A DNA stretch of 64,000 bases, from NCBI RefSeq assembly GCF_030144855.1, contig NC_082712.1, positions 137,020,001 to 137,084,000 on the forward strand, written 5' to 3'. How positions within the stretch are numbered: position 1 is the first letter of the stretch; each line of letters begins with the position of its first letter. The DNA is from Hypanus sabinus (Eukaryota). Position numbers and translations under genes: made by a program. Shown one piece after another: positions 47,017 through 61,200 of this stretch. A model generated the notes under the pieces. The model did no database searches. It had not been told where the DNA came from and worked only from the letters and a program-made list of their open reading frames with translations.

Positions 47017-48052
47017 CAGGCATGGGCAAACTACGGCCCGCGGGCCATATGCGGCCCATTAAGCTTTTTAATCCGGCCTGCAGAACTTGATGAAATTATA
47101 TTAATAAACCTTGTTAACGTATTTTCCCCAATAGATGACGCACTCTATATACATTGACCTTTGTTGAGGTGCAGCGTATTACTCCACATTTGCGCTTTAC
47201 TCTTTGTTCGTCTCGACCTATTTGTGTGAACAGGCGTTCAGCGTCATGAACATCAACAAAGACAGCCACAGATCCAAGTTAACTGACCAACACCTCAGAT
47301 CCATCCCGAGAATCGCCACAACAAAACTAAATCCAGACTTTGATGCGCTGGCTAAAAATGGAGACCAACAACACTGTTCCCACTGAAATTTAAAATAAGT
47401 TTCTTCATTGTGTTATGTAAAAAATGCATTTGAAAATATTTTTTTCAATAAGCCTTACATGTTACATGTCATTTCTGTTAAGTGATGGACATGAGTAGTG
47501 CGCAGGTGCACGTACATTCTCAAAATAAAAAATGCGCTCCAGAACAAATAATGCGCTCCGCATACTGGTGCGCTGTCACTGTTCTGTCTTTGTACTGGTC
47601 GTTGTTGAGTTTTGGTACAGGGGACAATTGAATAAGAAGGAGCAGGACAAGTAGACCTGCATCTCCTACCGTTTTTGAAATAAAGACAGTCAGGAGGAGA
47701 GTGATGATGTTAATATCTTGAAGGATAACAGAATTTTCAGTGCTTTAAAATAATAACTGTTACTATTAAAAAAGCTGTATTTTATTCATTTAATTTTCCA
47801 GTGTTTTAAAAGTCATTTCAATAAATAGCTAAATACCATGGGACTTCAAAGACAGATATTTTGTTGTAATGCATGTGTTCATTTTCAACTGAAATTAAAG
47901 CACATGTTTTCTACATATCCCATGATAGTTTATTTTCTCTTATGAGGTGTATTACCAAAACACTCTGTCCATCTGCTCCTGTTCCGGCCCCCCTGTCAAA
48001 TTTTAGAACCCTTTGTGGCCCACAAGTCAAAAAGTTTGCCCACCCACCCCTG
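47017..48052 (+). mobile_element. hAT (Charlie/SPIN-like) non-autonomous DNA transposon
   Basis: TIRs caggcatgggcaaact and agtttgcccacc..cctg; 8-bp TSD tactaaac at 47009-47016 and 48053-48060; transposase C-terminal remnant STYLCEQAFSVMNINK..RSKLTD. Confidence 0.9.
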
Positions 48053-49199
48053 TACTAAACCTTCAGCAACATAATACAAACATACAAAATTCCTCATCAA
48101 TATTAAATAAGTCCCTGGGCACTACCTTGAACATAAACTTTAGTCAACATTACTAATATCTCAGGTTAGTAAAGGTTAATTAATAGGATGTTTCTCAGAT
48201 GTTAGTAACAGTGTATACTCTTTAAAAAGTACTTCCTTAATTGTAAAGTGCTCTGGGACATTCTAAAAGCTACTCTTTTATTTAAATGGAATGGAACTGT
48301 ATTATTTCCAATACTTGGTTCCAAAGCATTGTTACAGAATGGTTAAATACAAAACATATCCCTAACTCACTGATGTGCCACACTGTAAATGAGTCATCAA
48401 ATGGAAACGGTTGAGGTGCTTACTCACAGGAAGTTAGGGGCAATTAACTTAAAAGGGATTGCATCATGCTGTATTTTCACAGCACCGCAGGACTGTATAT
48501 TGATTTTATGCAAAGAATAAATTGCACCTTTAATCAATTTAGGATAAAATTGCATTATTGGCTGCAGATAGACGCTTTGATCTCAATGCACAACACTGAG
48601 TTCGATGATTTCCCCAACAACAAATGCACGACACTAACGTGACTGGATTAACAACAACTGGAGCACAAAGATCTGCACTGAGCACTGTTGAACAATTATC
48701 GCCTGAGATGGAGACCAGTGTATTGGTTTTGTATTTTCTAGCTACTTAAAGGTACATTCTGTTGGTCAAGGAAGAAGTAACTCAACAGCTTCAGAAATGA
48801 CTGCATGTTACAGTAGTACAGAAGTCTAAGTTACTGGATGAGTAATTAAGAGGTCTAAACTAATAATTCAGAGACCCAGGTTCAAATCTAACACAGCAAC
48901 TGTGAAACAGAAATGCTGTAAATAATCTGGAAGCTAGTAAAAACAAGGCTTAGTATTTCTAACACTAGGCTGAATTCTCCAATGTGCTTTTTGGGAGAAA
49001 ACTGACAACTTTTCCTGGGCTGGTCTACGTGCGATTCCAAAGCCACCCCACGCCGTTGACTTTCAGCAGCCCTCCACAGTATCTAACAAGTTACTTTATA
49101 TGAGAATTAGGTTTAACACCACTGATATATGTTATGAATTTCCTGTTTTGCAGCAGCCATACAGTGCAGTAAGAAATACTATAAAGTACAATAAGAAAT

Positions 49200-49430
49200 A
49201 TCTGTTAAAAATGGCTGCAGCTCTGTGTTCGGTGTCTGGGGGAGAGATGTTTCTTTGAAGCAAAGCGTGCAGATACTGCAACCTTGCTCGAGGTCTTCAA
49301 TTTTATTTTCCAAAGACTGTACATTAGCCAGCGGGATGGTACAGAGTGGGACCTCAGGGCCTCGTGCTTCAATTTTACAGGCTGCTTTGCACGCTTTCCA
49401 AATTTAATTTACCTGCAGTCTGTAGTCTGC
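49200..49430 (-). mobile_element. Rex1-like endonuclease N-terminal fragment
   Basis: Minus strand reads approximately IPLANVQSLENKIEDL...CFKET. Confidence 0.5.
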
Positions 49431-49723
49431 TGATTTTGACTAATCGTCAGTTTTTTTTAAACATGACAAGACAATATTGCTTATTGAAGTACCCATGGGA
49501 TTAACTGTGGATTTCAACAGTGGAATGCTGATGAGGATACACTTGGAATATTGTGCACAATTTTGGTTATGTTGTTATAGGAATGACACCATTAAGCTGG
49601 GAAGAATGCAAAGAAAATGTACAAGGATGTTCCAAGAAAAACCTCTTTTTACTGGGAGTCTCTGTAAATGCAGCTCGTTGGCCCCTCACTAACAGCCACT
49701 GGACTCCACGGCAAGAAAACCAT

Positions 49724-50613
49724 AGCTACATCCACACTAAACCGGATAATTTTGAAAACACCGGTTTCGCGTAAAAACAATAGGCATCCACATTATGCAT
49801 TTTTGAAAATATCTCTGTCCACATTGAAAAGGAGATTTCAGCAAATCTCCTACTGGGCATGCGCAGGACACATCTACCAAAAACAAGCGACATGTTTGGT
49901 GTCGAATCTTGCCGTAAAAGTCCGCGTTTGTGTAGTTATAGACTAGAAAATTTTAAAACGACAGACAGCTGTTGGTTCTCATGCAGGAGAACTTAAAAGT
50001 ACAAAAAAACAAATACTGGAGCGTATGGAGGCAACCGACTGGGAGTTCACAGACAGATTGACCCGGCTGACGATGAACATTGAAAAACTGCATAACTCTG
50101 TTGTATTAATAAAGCACCTTGTTAAATGTATAAAACATGTCTGCATCAGTGTTATCTTGTATTTCCATACAATGTTACATTAGGCTGTTACACATCTATT
50201 GTCAGAGAAGTACTTGCATAAATAGGTAAACCACCTTTATATGAGCAAGGAGAGAAAACAGAGCAAAGTGAGCATACTTATTTATTCAGTAAGTTATGGG
50301 TCAAAGTATTTGGAGAGTACATTTCTAACTCTTCTGGCTTCAGTCTCATTGCCATCTGTTCTGAGATTGTTAGGTTGCGTTCAAGAAAACAATGAAATAG
50401 CACACTGCCGTCTGACAGCGTTTTCAGATTTCTCTGGTTACTTCGTCCACACTGACTGCCTGTGCAGCGTTTTCAAAAATACCCACACTGGAAAACGTTT
50501 CTGAAAAGCTCTGGTTTTGGGGGATGAAAACGCCGTTTTAGTGTGGACAGAGGGTAAAAACGAAGAGAAAAAGATTTGGTTACAGTGTTATCTGGTGTAG
50601 GGTGGACGTAGCC
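49724..50613. mobile_element. PIF/Harbinger-like non-autonomous DNA transposon
   Basis: About 26-bp TIRs agctacatccacactaaaccggataa and ttatctggtgtagggtggacgtagcc; 3-bp TSD cat on both sides. Confidence 0.75.
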
Positions 50614-50644
50614 CATCTTTCTCAGGCTCTATGCATATAGAGTG

Positions 50645-52600
50645 TGTACGACTTTGGTCCCGCCAAACCCGTGAGGTAGGGATGTCTCGCACACTCAAAC
50701 TCTGGTTTGTGTGAATGCTGTGTGATTTACTGACAACACCCCCCCAACCCCACAGGCCCCGGCAATTGCTTTTGGCAAGAAATAATAGACCGTACACTGC
50801 ATACAATTACAATGAATTATAATTAGGAAAGTTACTTTAATAACTGTTAGGTTAAGTTAAGCAAAACAAAAAACGGCCCACCATTACTAAACAGTCTATT
50901 ATGGACACAAGTTGGAGCTCATCTTGCAATTGTCTAATTCAAGCACTGGACCCTCAGTCTGTATGAAAGCACACACTACCTTCAAAATGTTGCTCGAAAT
51001 CCATCTTGAACAAATGGGATCTCCCACAGAAGCGTTGGTCCTTCCTCCTTGAAGCCATTCATCTGCACAAAGCACCTTGTGCAATAGGGATTGCATCCTC
51101 AGCCATCTTCCTTCCTGTATTCTCTCAGCTCCCACCAAAAAGACCTCAACCAACATTATTGCCCCTCAAAAAAAACGCTCAACCTATCATTCTCTAGAAC
51201 CTCCCAATTCCACCATCCTGATTGGCTGACACCACATTCCTAAGTTAAACAACGAAGTCCCTTATCTCAGCTCAAACCCAGACAGGCTGACAGTGGAACA
51301 GACTGCGCTACAGAACTGCTAAAATGGAATAGCTACAGCATAGCAGTAAAAATGTTAAACAGGGCATTACACTCTCCCCCCCCCACCAAAAATAGTCATA
51401 CCCTCAAGACTGTGGCATGTAACAACCCATCATTAACAACACACTTTTCAAAGGAATTTCGTGATGTCAGGACCTCCAATCCAGTGTGAATGGTAGTGAC
51501 ATATCTCACTAGGGGGAAAGATGCAACACTCTGATCCCCCAGTGCATCATTAGCCAGCCTATCTGAGGGTGTCCCAACTTTGAGAACTCCATATCCCATC
51601 TTCAGCTCCTCCAGCTTCAACCACTTCTTGTGACCCTTCCTGTCTACTACAGGGTGCCTCATGTCTTCCAGTGGCTCAAATTCCCCGCTCCATGACTGAA
51701 TTTAACTTCCGTCAGTTTAGGCTGGTGAAGCTAAACATCCCTCCACTGGTGCTAACCGGCAAAACCTCTCGGAAAGGGGTGTCCTCTATCACTCCAATAG
51801 TGTGGCAAGTATTCCCGGAGTAACCAACATCAGACTCATCTGTAGAAAATACATCTTGGCATCCCAACCTCTTCACAGTTAATTTTCTTTTCCATTCCTT
51901 GGACGTACCAGCAAATTCAGGGGATCCTGTCACTCTGGCTCCTCCTCCAGGACGTAAGATGACAGATTTAAAATGGATGCACCACACAGTTCCTTGTTTC
52001 TGTCCATCATCCTGCTTAGGAGAAACTTCCGGCCTCTCAAAAGCAGCTCTGAACACAGGATGAATGGACAAGGTTTTCAAAAAGTTCTCTCCATTTCTCT
52101 CCTAGCATTCTCCCAGGAGACTTCTTACAATGGCAGTATTTGTTCCCACCAGAATGGAAGCTCCAGCTTTTTCAACCGGTTCTGGGCAGGCCAACACTGG
52201 GGTGTCAATCGTCTTAGTTACTCCAACATCTGCTTCCGAAAACTCCAGCTTCAACAAGTAACCATCGTATGGGTACTCATCAACACTAAGCCCCCGAATC
52301 TCAAGGGCACTGAATGATGTCAAAGGTAAATGTGTCAAATCCTGCTTGTAAAAGCATTTATAAATCCAAGTAACTTGAGAACCTGTGTCAAGTATGGCTC
52401 TAGCAAAAACATCTTCAATGTGTATGGATAGCCAACCTTGGTCCCAGTGAACCTTCAGGAATAGTGTTTGGTACTTTATTATTTATCTTAATACACTGAT
52501 AGGAACGTTTCCTCTCTGAAACGCCAGCCCATTCCTTTACTGGGTCCCTCCATTTTAATTCTTTTCTTCGCTGTTTGCTTAACCATTGATTCCCTTTCCT
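50645..52600 (-). mobile_element. Gypsy LTR element remnant (protease, integrase C-terminal end, PPT, 3' LTR about 50645-51371)
   Basis: ARAILDTGSQVT protease motif near 52390, ORF 52102-52338, purine tract followed by tgtaatgccc on the minus strand. Confidence 0.72.
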
Positions 52601-52861
52601 AAGATTTTCTTGTGCTTAACACTCCTACTTGTACTGTCCATCTTCTCCACAGTTGTAACAGAAAACAGCAGTCACCACCAGCAGCAGCCTTCGCCTTGGT
52701 ATGTCCTACCAGTCACCACCAGCAGCAGCCTTCGCCTTGGTATGTCCTACCAGTGGGTTTGGCTTCTTATCGGCCTGGTCAGGCTTGGTGTCAGCACCAA
52801 CTGATATCATCCGAAATACCTCGGCCCTCAGATCTTTCCTGACATCCTACAAACCCCCGCT

Positions 52862-54211
52862 TGTGTGGTGTACCGTATGGTCTACATTATAATAAGGGAC
52901 TACTTTATGATTTAGTAACACATCATTGCATGCACTGTTAGGCACGTATTGATCTGTATGTGTATGTCAAGTCTGGACTCTACCAGTAAAGAACCATGAA
53001 ACTCAGTTCCCCTCTCCAGTGTTTTTAGTAATAACATAGTTGTGTAAACAGGCCACATACACAACAAATTGGCGAGGAGAATTATGAACATACATCTTAT
53101 CGGAATGCCGTGTTTTAGTTGATAACAACACTCGGAGCAGAGAGAGAAGGGAGATGAAAAGGAGCAACACATGCATCTGGACGGAGTGTGCTCGTGGTGC
53201 TAGAAATATGAACACGTGAGTCAAGTGGGATGTGCAGTGACTGCAAGCAGCTAGCTAAAAAGAAACGGAAAAACTGGACAGATGGTGGCAGCAGCGCGGC
53301 ATTTCATTGTTTTCTTGAATGCAACCCCCCACACAACCTAACAATTTCAGAACAGGCAGCAACGAGACTGAAGCCAGAAGAGTTAGAAATGTACTCAACA
53401 AATACTTTGACCCATAACTTTTGAATTAATAAGTATACTCACTTTGCCCTGTTTTCTGCCCTTGCTTGTATGAAGGTGGTTTAATTATTTATCCAAGTAC
53501 TTCTCTGACAATAGATGTGTAACAGCCTAATGTAACATTGTATGGAAATACAAGATAACACTGATGCAGACATGTTTTATACATTTAACAAGATGCTTTA
53601 TTAATGCAATAGGGTTACTGAGCTTTTCAATGCTCGTTGTCAGCCGGGTCATACTGTCTGTGTACTTACTCCCTGTCGGTTGCCTCCATACAGTCCAGTA
53701 TTTGTTTTTTTTTTAGTTTTAAGTCCTCCTGCGTGAGAGCCAACAGCTGTCTGTCTTTTGGCAATTTCCTTTTAAGTTTTCCTAGTCTGTAACTTCACAG
53801 CGTGAAAGAGACAGATGATCGAAGAGTAATATGGATCACTCCACAAGTGGCAGGCGTGAGACTGAAAATGGAGCTGGACACAGGCTCAGCTTTAACAGTG
53901 ATCTCTGTACACGATTACAAACAACTGTTTTCCCACATACCTCTGAAATGAACTAAACTACTGTTACAGACTTACACAGACAGAGACTATGTCCCAAAGA
54001 TAAATTAAAGTGACAGTGACCTACAGAGACAAAACACAGCAGCTGAACCTCTATGTACTGAAACATGGAGGCCCACCGTTAAGGGGACGTGAATGGCTCC
54101 GTAAAGTCCAGCTGAATTGGAGTAAGACGGCATCTGAGAGACTGTCACAAATACTTGCTGACTCTGAGGAAGTGTTCATGAAAGGAATAGGAACACTTCA
54201 GGGCATGAAGG
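52862..54211 (+). mobile_element. Gypsy remnant (K02A2.6-like): short LTR, PBS-like aattggcgaggag, protease region
   Basis: LKMELDTGSALTVIS and LYVLKHGGPPLRGREWLRKVQLNW. Interrupted by a Harbinger-family fragment at about 53485-53795 and by the LTR at 54212. Confidence 0.7.
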
Positions 54212-57200
54212 TGTAGGGTCCTCATTATTAACTGTATGTTAACTGCTAACTGCATATATAAAATAGCTTCTCTTTAGAGTTATAATGAAACGGCTTCTTG
54301 TGGGTAACTGATGAGGTAATGTTCTGTTCAGTTGGAATGTTTGGGCTATAATTATTGATAATGGAGCAATGAACCAATGGTAGCAATGTTGTTCTATCTG
54401 TATGTGGGGGAACCTGGAGTGAGTGTGTGGGTTTATTGGGAGGAGAACTGAAGAGAAAGGACATGCTGGATGTGCTCTAGTCAACCACCGAGGTTGGTCC
54501 CAGGCAGTGGGATGAGGTGGTCGGAGAAGATTGAATAGTGGACCGAAGACTTCGATAATTGAGCTCCGACGGTTGTGCATGAATTGACAGAACTCTGATA
54601 AGTTTTGGCGCCTTTTCTTTTCTTTTTATATATATATTGTATCGCTATTAATTACCTAGTTCTAGTAAGATTTATAAAGTGTACTCTGTAAACATACATG
54701 GTGTGGGGTCTGATATTGTGTGTGCAAGTTTGAATCAGCATCCGCACATACGGGAGACACGGTCTGGCGGGTGGATAGATTTTCCCCTAGACATACATTA
54801 GCTGATAGCGTGGGCGTTACATTTGTGGGGTGCTCGTTCCGGGATTGAATTTGTGGATGCTTGTGACCACTCTGCTTAAATACAATACAGGTGGGATGGC
54901 GGCTGCTGCTATTCGGGGATGGTGTGCGGCTGCGATGGTGGCAGAGAGCAATGCGTGCATGTTGGGGGGGGGGGGGGGGGGTGGAGACTAGCCTACCAGA
55001 TGAAGTGTTACTTCGGGGTTTGTGTGCGGTTGAAACTTTTGGCAAAGTGGAGATTGTGTCGTGGAACTTGGATTTTGAGGCAGGTACAGATATAGAGTTT
55101 GTGCAGACAAGAGAGGACATAACGGGCAGAGTTGCCAAAGGAGACTGGCATCCCTGGGTGAACAGGGCCATGGCGCCCGGAGTGTCAGGGAGGGAGGGGC
55201 CAAAGCTCAGCGAGCACAGTTGCCTGCAGAGGGGTAGGAGATCTTAGGGAACATATTCTTTTGATGCTGGGGGATGAAGGGAAAGAGTGGTCAGATTTGG
55301 AAAAGTTGGTCAGTTCCCGTACCACAGAGAAAGGCAAGCATTCTGAGTTGGCCTCTGCACTTACCTCCCTAGCAAGGGGCCCTGCCAGAAGATAAGCGTT
55401 TTCTCGGGGTTAGTGCCCACTCCAGAGGGTGAGGAGGATTATGAGACATGAGTTGAGCAAACTTCATAGTTGTTGAGTGAGTGGCAGTGCTCGGATGAGG
55501 AAAAGAGACAGAGGTTAGTTGAAAGTTTGTGGGGAGAGGCGGCTAGGGTAGGGCGATGCGAGAAGGTTAACCAGCCTTCGGCCACACTGGATGACTATCT
55601 GGAGGCTTTGGAAAGTTCTCTTGGGTTGACTGGGAGCTCCTTGGAGCTCCTCAGGGAGTTTCAAAACATGTATCAGGAGGAGGGTGAGAAGCTCTCTGCG
55701 TACCTTTTTCGGCTAGAGAGACTGCTTAATGGATTGCAGCTCCGGGGGTCATTCGGGCTGAACAGGTAGATCAGTTCAGGATGGATCAGGTATTTTGGGG
55801 TGCCCAGTCCAGGGACAAGATTGCTTGGAGTCTCCAACAGTCTTATAAAATGCACCCCCCTCTGACGTTCGTTCAACTGATCAGAAATGTGAGGGTGGGG
55901 GGATGAGCGCACGTTGAGGCTGTGGGAGGACACTGTCAGCAGGGTGAGATCCTCAGTTGTAGCCCCCAGTGGGGACAGGAGAGGAGCTTGCTCCACCCGG
56001 CAACTGATAAAGGAAGTGGTAGCCGAGCTGAGGGGTCGGTAGGGAGGGCTTCGACCCCACCCAAAGAGGGGCGGCTGATAGTGTGTGCTATAACTGTGGG
56101 AAAGAGGGACACTTCTAGGAGAGACTGAGAGAGGCAGGGGTTGTGCTATAACTGCGGGGAGGAGGACCACCTCCGGCGGGATTGTGAGCAGCCGGAAGCC
56201 CCTAAGAGGGCGAGTCCCCGGGTATCCAAGAAGGGAGAGGTGTCGGGAAACTTAGAGGGGAGCCAGTGAGGGAACGGCCTGGTGTCTCGAAGCTAACACG
56301 TTTCCAGCAATGTACCAAGGAACCCCCAAAACCAAAAGACCCTATTCCGGAAGGATTAGTGGGACCCCAATCCAGCGTGTCGCTAACGGATAGAGGGAAT
56401 CTCTGCTAAAGCTATAATCAACATCGGGTCACAGGTCACCCTACTATACCATTCGTTTTACAATCAGTACTTAAAGCATTTGCCATTGACCCCATTCAGT
56501 GCACTGGAGATTTGGGGTGTCAGTGCTGGGGATTATCCATTTGATTGGTATTTGTCGGTGAAACTGGAGTTTTCAGAAGCCGATATGGGAGTGTCTGAAG
56601 TTTTGGAGACGTCAGCGCTGGTTTGTCCGCTCCCAGCTGAGACGGGGGGAGGGGGGTGGGGAGGGTGAAGGTGGGCAGAGAGCTTCAATCCAGGAGAGGA
56701 CCAACACCCCTGTGGTGCAGAGGCTCATGGGGGCTCGCCAGGAGAGGGCGAGTGAGAACTGTTTCGGGGCCCGGGCTGTGGATCCAGCGGTTCATGCTGC
56801 TTCTGAGGAAGTGCGGCACAGCCCTGGGCCGGAGACTGAAGTTAAATGAGGGACTGTGTGGTGCACCCAGTCGAAGCCTGTAATAATAAAGCCCGGGGAA
56901 GTAGCAAGAGTGATGGGAACCCACAGGTTTTGAAGACCTCGAGGGAGAGACATGATTTCCAGCTGGGGTGCCGGTGAGGCCCGAAGTGCAGTGGCCCTCG
57001 GTGGTACATGCGAGGCGGATAGCCGTGAGTGTCAGGAACACTACGGAGAGAGAAATCACCTTTACGAGAGGGATGCCGCTGGCACATTTGTTCCTGGTGA
57101 CGATAATGTCTAGCGCCCCTGTGAGGCCCACTAAGGGGGAAGGATTGGAAAACTGAGGAAAGCTGACCGCTGAGGTTCTGCCTGAGAAGTATCGAAAGAC

Positions 57201-58206
57201 TGTGTTGAAGTCCCTGCACGATGATTCTGGACATTTGGGGTTGGAGAAGACCTATGGATTGCTCAAAGACAGGTTTTACCCGAATGAAGGCGGAGGTGGA
57301 GCAGTATTGCAAGTCATGCATTCGCTGCATACGGCAGAAGACACTGCCTGTTCAGGCTGCTCCATTGTCACACTTGCAAAGTGAGGGGCCTTTGGGCCTG
57401 GTGTGTATAGATTTCTTGGCAATAGAGCCTGATGCCAGCAATACGGCAAATGTCTTAGTCATCACAGACCACGTATGCTCAAATGTTCACACACGTATGC
57501 TCAAGTGGTGCACTAAGGTGGCAAAAGTGCTATGGGAGAAGTATTTTGTGCATTATGGTCTTCCCCGGTGGATACATGGTGACCAGGAATGAGACTTTGA
57601 GAGTAAGCTCATCTATGAGCTACTGGGTATGTTGGGGGTTGAGAAATCAAGGACTACGCCCTATCATCCGCAGGGCGATCTCCAGCCGGAGAGGTTCAAA
57701 TCGGATGCTGCCCGACATGCTCGGAACTCTGGAGATTAACAAAGAGAGCCAATGGAGTCAACATATTGGGCATCTGGTTCACTGTTACAACTCTACCCGA
57801 AATGAAGCTACTGGGTACTCGCCCTATTATTTGATGTTTGGGCACGAGGCAAGGTTGCCCATTGACCTCGGTTTTGGGACGAATGCGGGAGAAGTATTGC
57901 CAAAGCCATACTTGAAATATATGTCTGATATGAAGAAAGAATTACAAAGAGCGTATGAGCTGGCTGGGGAGGCGGCCGCTAAGCAGAATCGGGGAAATAA
58001 GAAGAGGTATGACCAGAAGGTGAAGTTCTCCCAACTCCTGCCAGGAGATTGAGTCCTCATAAGGAATTTGGGACTACCTGGGAAACACAAGCTGTCTGAT
58101 TGCTGGGCGAAGCATGCCCTATGTAATAGAGAGTCAGATGCCAAATCTACCAGTTTTCTGGGTGAAGCCTCAGAATGGGAGAGGGTCTTTCAAGATTCTC
58201 CATTGG

Positions 58207-61200
58207 GGGGGGGGGACGTCACATGATGACGTAGGATCGAGACGCTGGAACCCAGCCCTCCCATAAAAAATCAATAAATTAATGTTTAAGTGAAAAAAGT
58301 CAGCCAATATTTTCTTAAGGTTACTTATAAACTACTCCGGATTGTTTTAAGCTATGCCTCATAAACAGAGGATGAAGAAAACTACTACCGCGAAGACAAC
58401 TCGGGTTGGAACAGAATCAAGGCCTACTTCTACCGAAGAACCACGGACTCAGGTACATCACCGGTGAAACAGAACAGGAAACTGTGGCAGCATCGGCCAT
58501 TTCTAAAGGAAAAGATCAATGTGAATTGCGCAAGCGTAAAGGAAAGAGCATGTGCAAACGAGACCAACCAGAACTACAAAACCCAGCAGCGATTGAAACC
58601 GAAAGTGAGAGTGAATCTGAGAGAGAGTCAGATTCTCTGGAAAAATCAGACGAAGATGGAGATGAAAGTTCCTCTGAGAATACAAAAAAGACTTTGAGGC
58701 AAATAATGCATAAATTAGAAAAATTAAATGCATTAAAAGTGATTAAAGAAAAAAATAATAAATATGGAGACTATGTTTGATAAAATGACAAAGAAACAGG
58801 AAAAAATGGAAAAGAAAATTACAGATTTGGAAATTAAAATGGAAGAAATGGATGGAAGAATGAAGGAAATGGAAAATGATAATAATGCCTGGACATCAGA
58901 AAGAAAACAACTCGTGGAAAAAATTGATAAGCTTGAAAATTTTAGTAGACGCAATAATATCAAAATTGTTGGACTTAAAGAAGATACTGAAGGAGAAGAC
59001 CCAATAAATTTTTTTCAAAAATGGATCCCTGAGAAATTGGAAATGGGAGAAAAAACTTCAATTGAGATTGAAAGGGTGCACAGAGCTTTAAGGCCAAGAT
59101 CTCAAGATGATCAAAATCCACGATCAATTTTGATAAGATGTTTAAGACACCAGGATGAAGAAAAGATTCTGAGGGCGGCTGCCCAAGGTGCCAAAAGAAG
59201 AAAGGGTCCATTGATGATAGCAGAGAAACCAGTTCTTTTTTATTCTGATATAAGTTATAACCTTTTGAAGAGAAAGAAAGTATTTAATTCAGCTAAAAAT
59301 GTCTTATGGGAAAAAGGTTATAAATTTTTAATGTGTCACCCAGCAACACTGATAATTTTTTTTGGAGGAGGGAAAAAGATTTTTTTCTGATTATCGAGAT
59401 GTGGAGGTGTTCGCACAAAAACTTCCATCTATCTGCTAATTAAACGTAGAGACTTTTAAACGTTATGGTTAAAGATGAAGACAGAGATAGTGAATGGAAC
59501 TGATGGACATTTAAGGATGATACAAGGGAGTAAAGTAAAATTTTAGAAATATTAATTGAGAATAATATGTTTTTTCTTTTCTTATATATATATTTTTAAT
59601 GTTGCGGGGGGGCTGGGGAGCTTTGAATCGGTTACTACGGGATTCACGTGTGTAATCATGGCAATTGCCATGACCCGTACAATAGAGGGGGGTAATGTTG
59701 TGTTTTTTTTCTTTCACAACATTAGTAGGGGGGTATTTTGTTTTTCTCTATATACTCTATTTTTTTTCTACTCTTTTGCCTGGATGATTGGTAGGGAATC
59801 ACATAGCAACATGGAGACTTCTAAAAAGATTTCCCAGGATACCACGAAAGTTGAAAGATTAGGCATTATTATAGATTGGAGTAACATAATTAAAAACAAT
59901 GACTAATGTATTCAATTTTTTAAGTTTTAATGTTAATGGGCTTAATGGAAAAGAAAAAGAATTTTAACATATATTTAAAAAATGAAAATAGATATAGCTT
60001 TCTTACAAGAAACTCATTTAACGGATATAGAACGTCAGAAATTAAGAAGAGATTGGGTTGGAAATGTTATTGCAGCTTCATTTAACTCAAAAGCGAGAGG
60101 AGTTGCAATTTTGGTTAATAAAAATTTACCAATTAAAATACAAAATGTATTAATTGATTTGGCAAGAAGATATTTAATTATACATTGTCAATTTTTTTCA
60201 GAACTATGGACTCTTATGAATATTTATGCACCAAATGAAAATGATATAAAATTTATACAGGAGGTCTTTTTGAATTTAGCTAATGCACATGACAAAATAT
60301 TGATAGGTGGAGATTTTAATTTTTGTCTAGATCCAGTTTTAGACAGATCAACAAAGTCTGTTACAAAATCAAAAGTAGTAAAATTAACTCTATCATTGAT
60401 GAAAGACTTAAATTTGATTGATATATGGAGAAGAATCAATCCAAAAGAAAGAGATTATTCATTTTATTCAAATAGACATAAAACATACTCAAGGATAGAT
60501 TTTCTCCTATTATCAACGAATATTCAAGACAGAGCGAAAAATGTGGAATATAAAGCAAGAATATTGTCTGATCATTCTCCTTTAATAATGACAATGATAA
60601 TGATAGATAAAGAGGAATCAATTTACAGATGGAGATTTAATTCAATTCTACTAAAACGTCAAGATTTTTGTGATTTTATGAAAAAGCAGATTCAGTTCTT
60701 TTTAGATACAAATTTACACTCAGTTGATGATAAATTTATATTGTGGGAAGCAATGAAGGCATACTTGAGAGGTCAGATAATAAGTTATACTTCTAAAATT
60801 AAGAAGGAATATATGATAGAAGTAGATCAATTGGAAGAGATTATAAAATTAGAAAAAGAATCTCAAAGAAATATGACAGAAGAAAAATGAAGACAACTCA
60901 TTAATAAAAAGTTAAAATATAATACACTCCAGACATATCGAACAGAAAAAGCAATTATGAGAACTAAACAGAGATATTATGAACTAAGTGAAAGATCATC
61001 CTTGCACGGCAGTTAAAAACAGATCAGACTTCTAAAACAATAAAGGCAATTTGAACAAAAGTAAATAAAATTACTTATAAGCCTCTAGAAATTAATGAAG
61101 CTTTTAAGAATTTTTATTCTGAGTTGTATAAATCAGAATCAAAAAATGATGACGTCAAGATAGAAAGATTTTTATCACAAATAACACTTCCAAAATTAAA

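Noticed and set aside
48424-48467. Leader-like exon with tandem donors GTGAGTAAG upstream of the V exon
   Set aside because: In-frame TAA from the ATGs, and no clean hydrophobic core in any frame; not accepted as the functional leader.
52669-52750. Exact 41-bp tandem duplication
   Set aside because: Only two units with no spacer, inside Gypsy debris; not CRISPR-like or functional on the evidence available.
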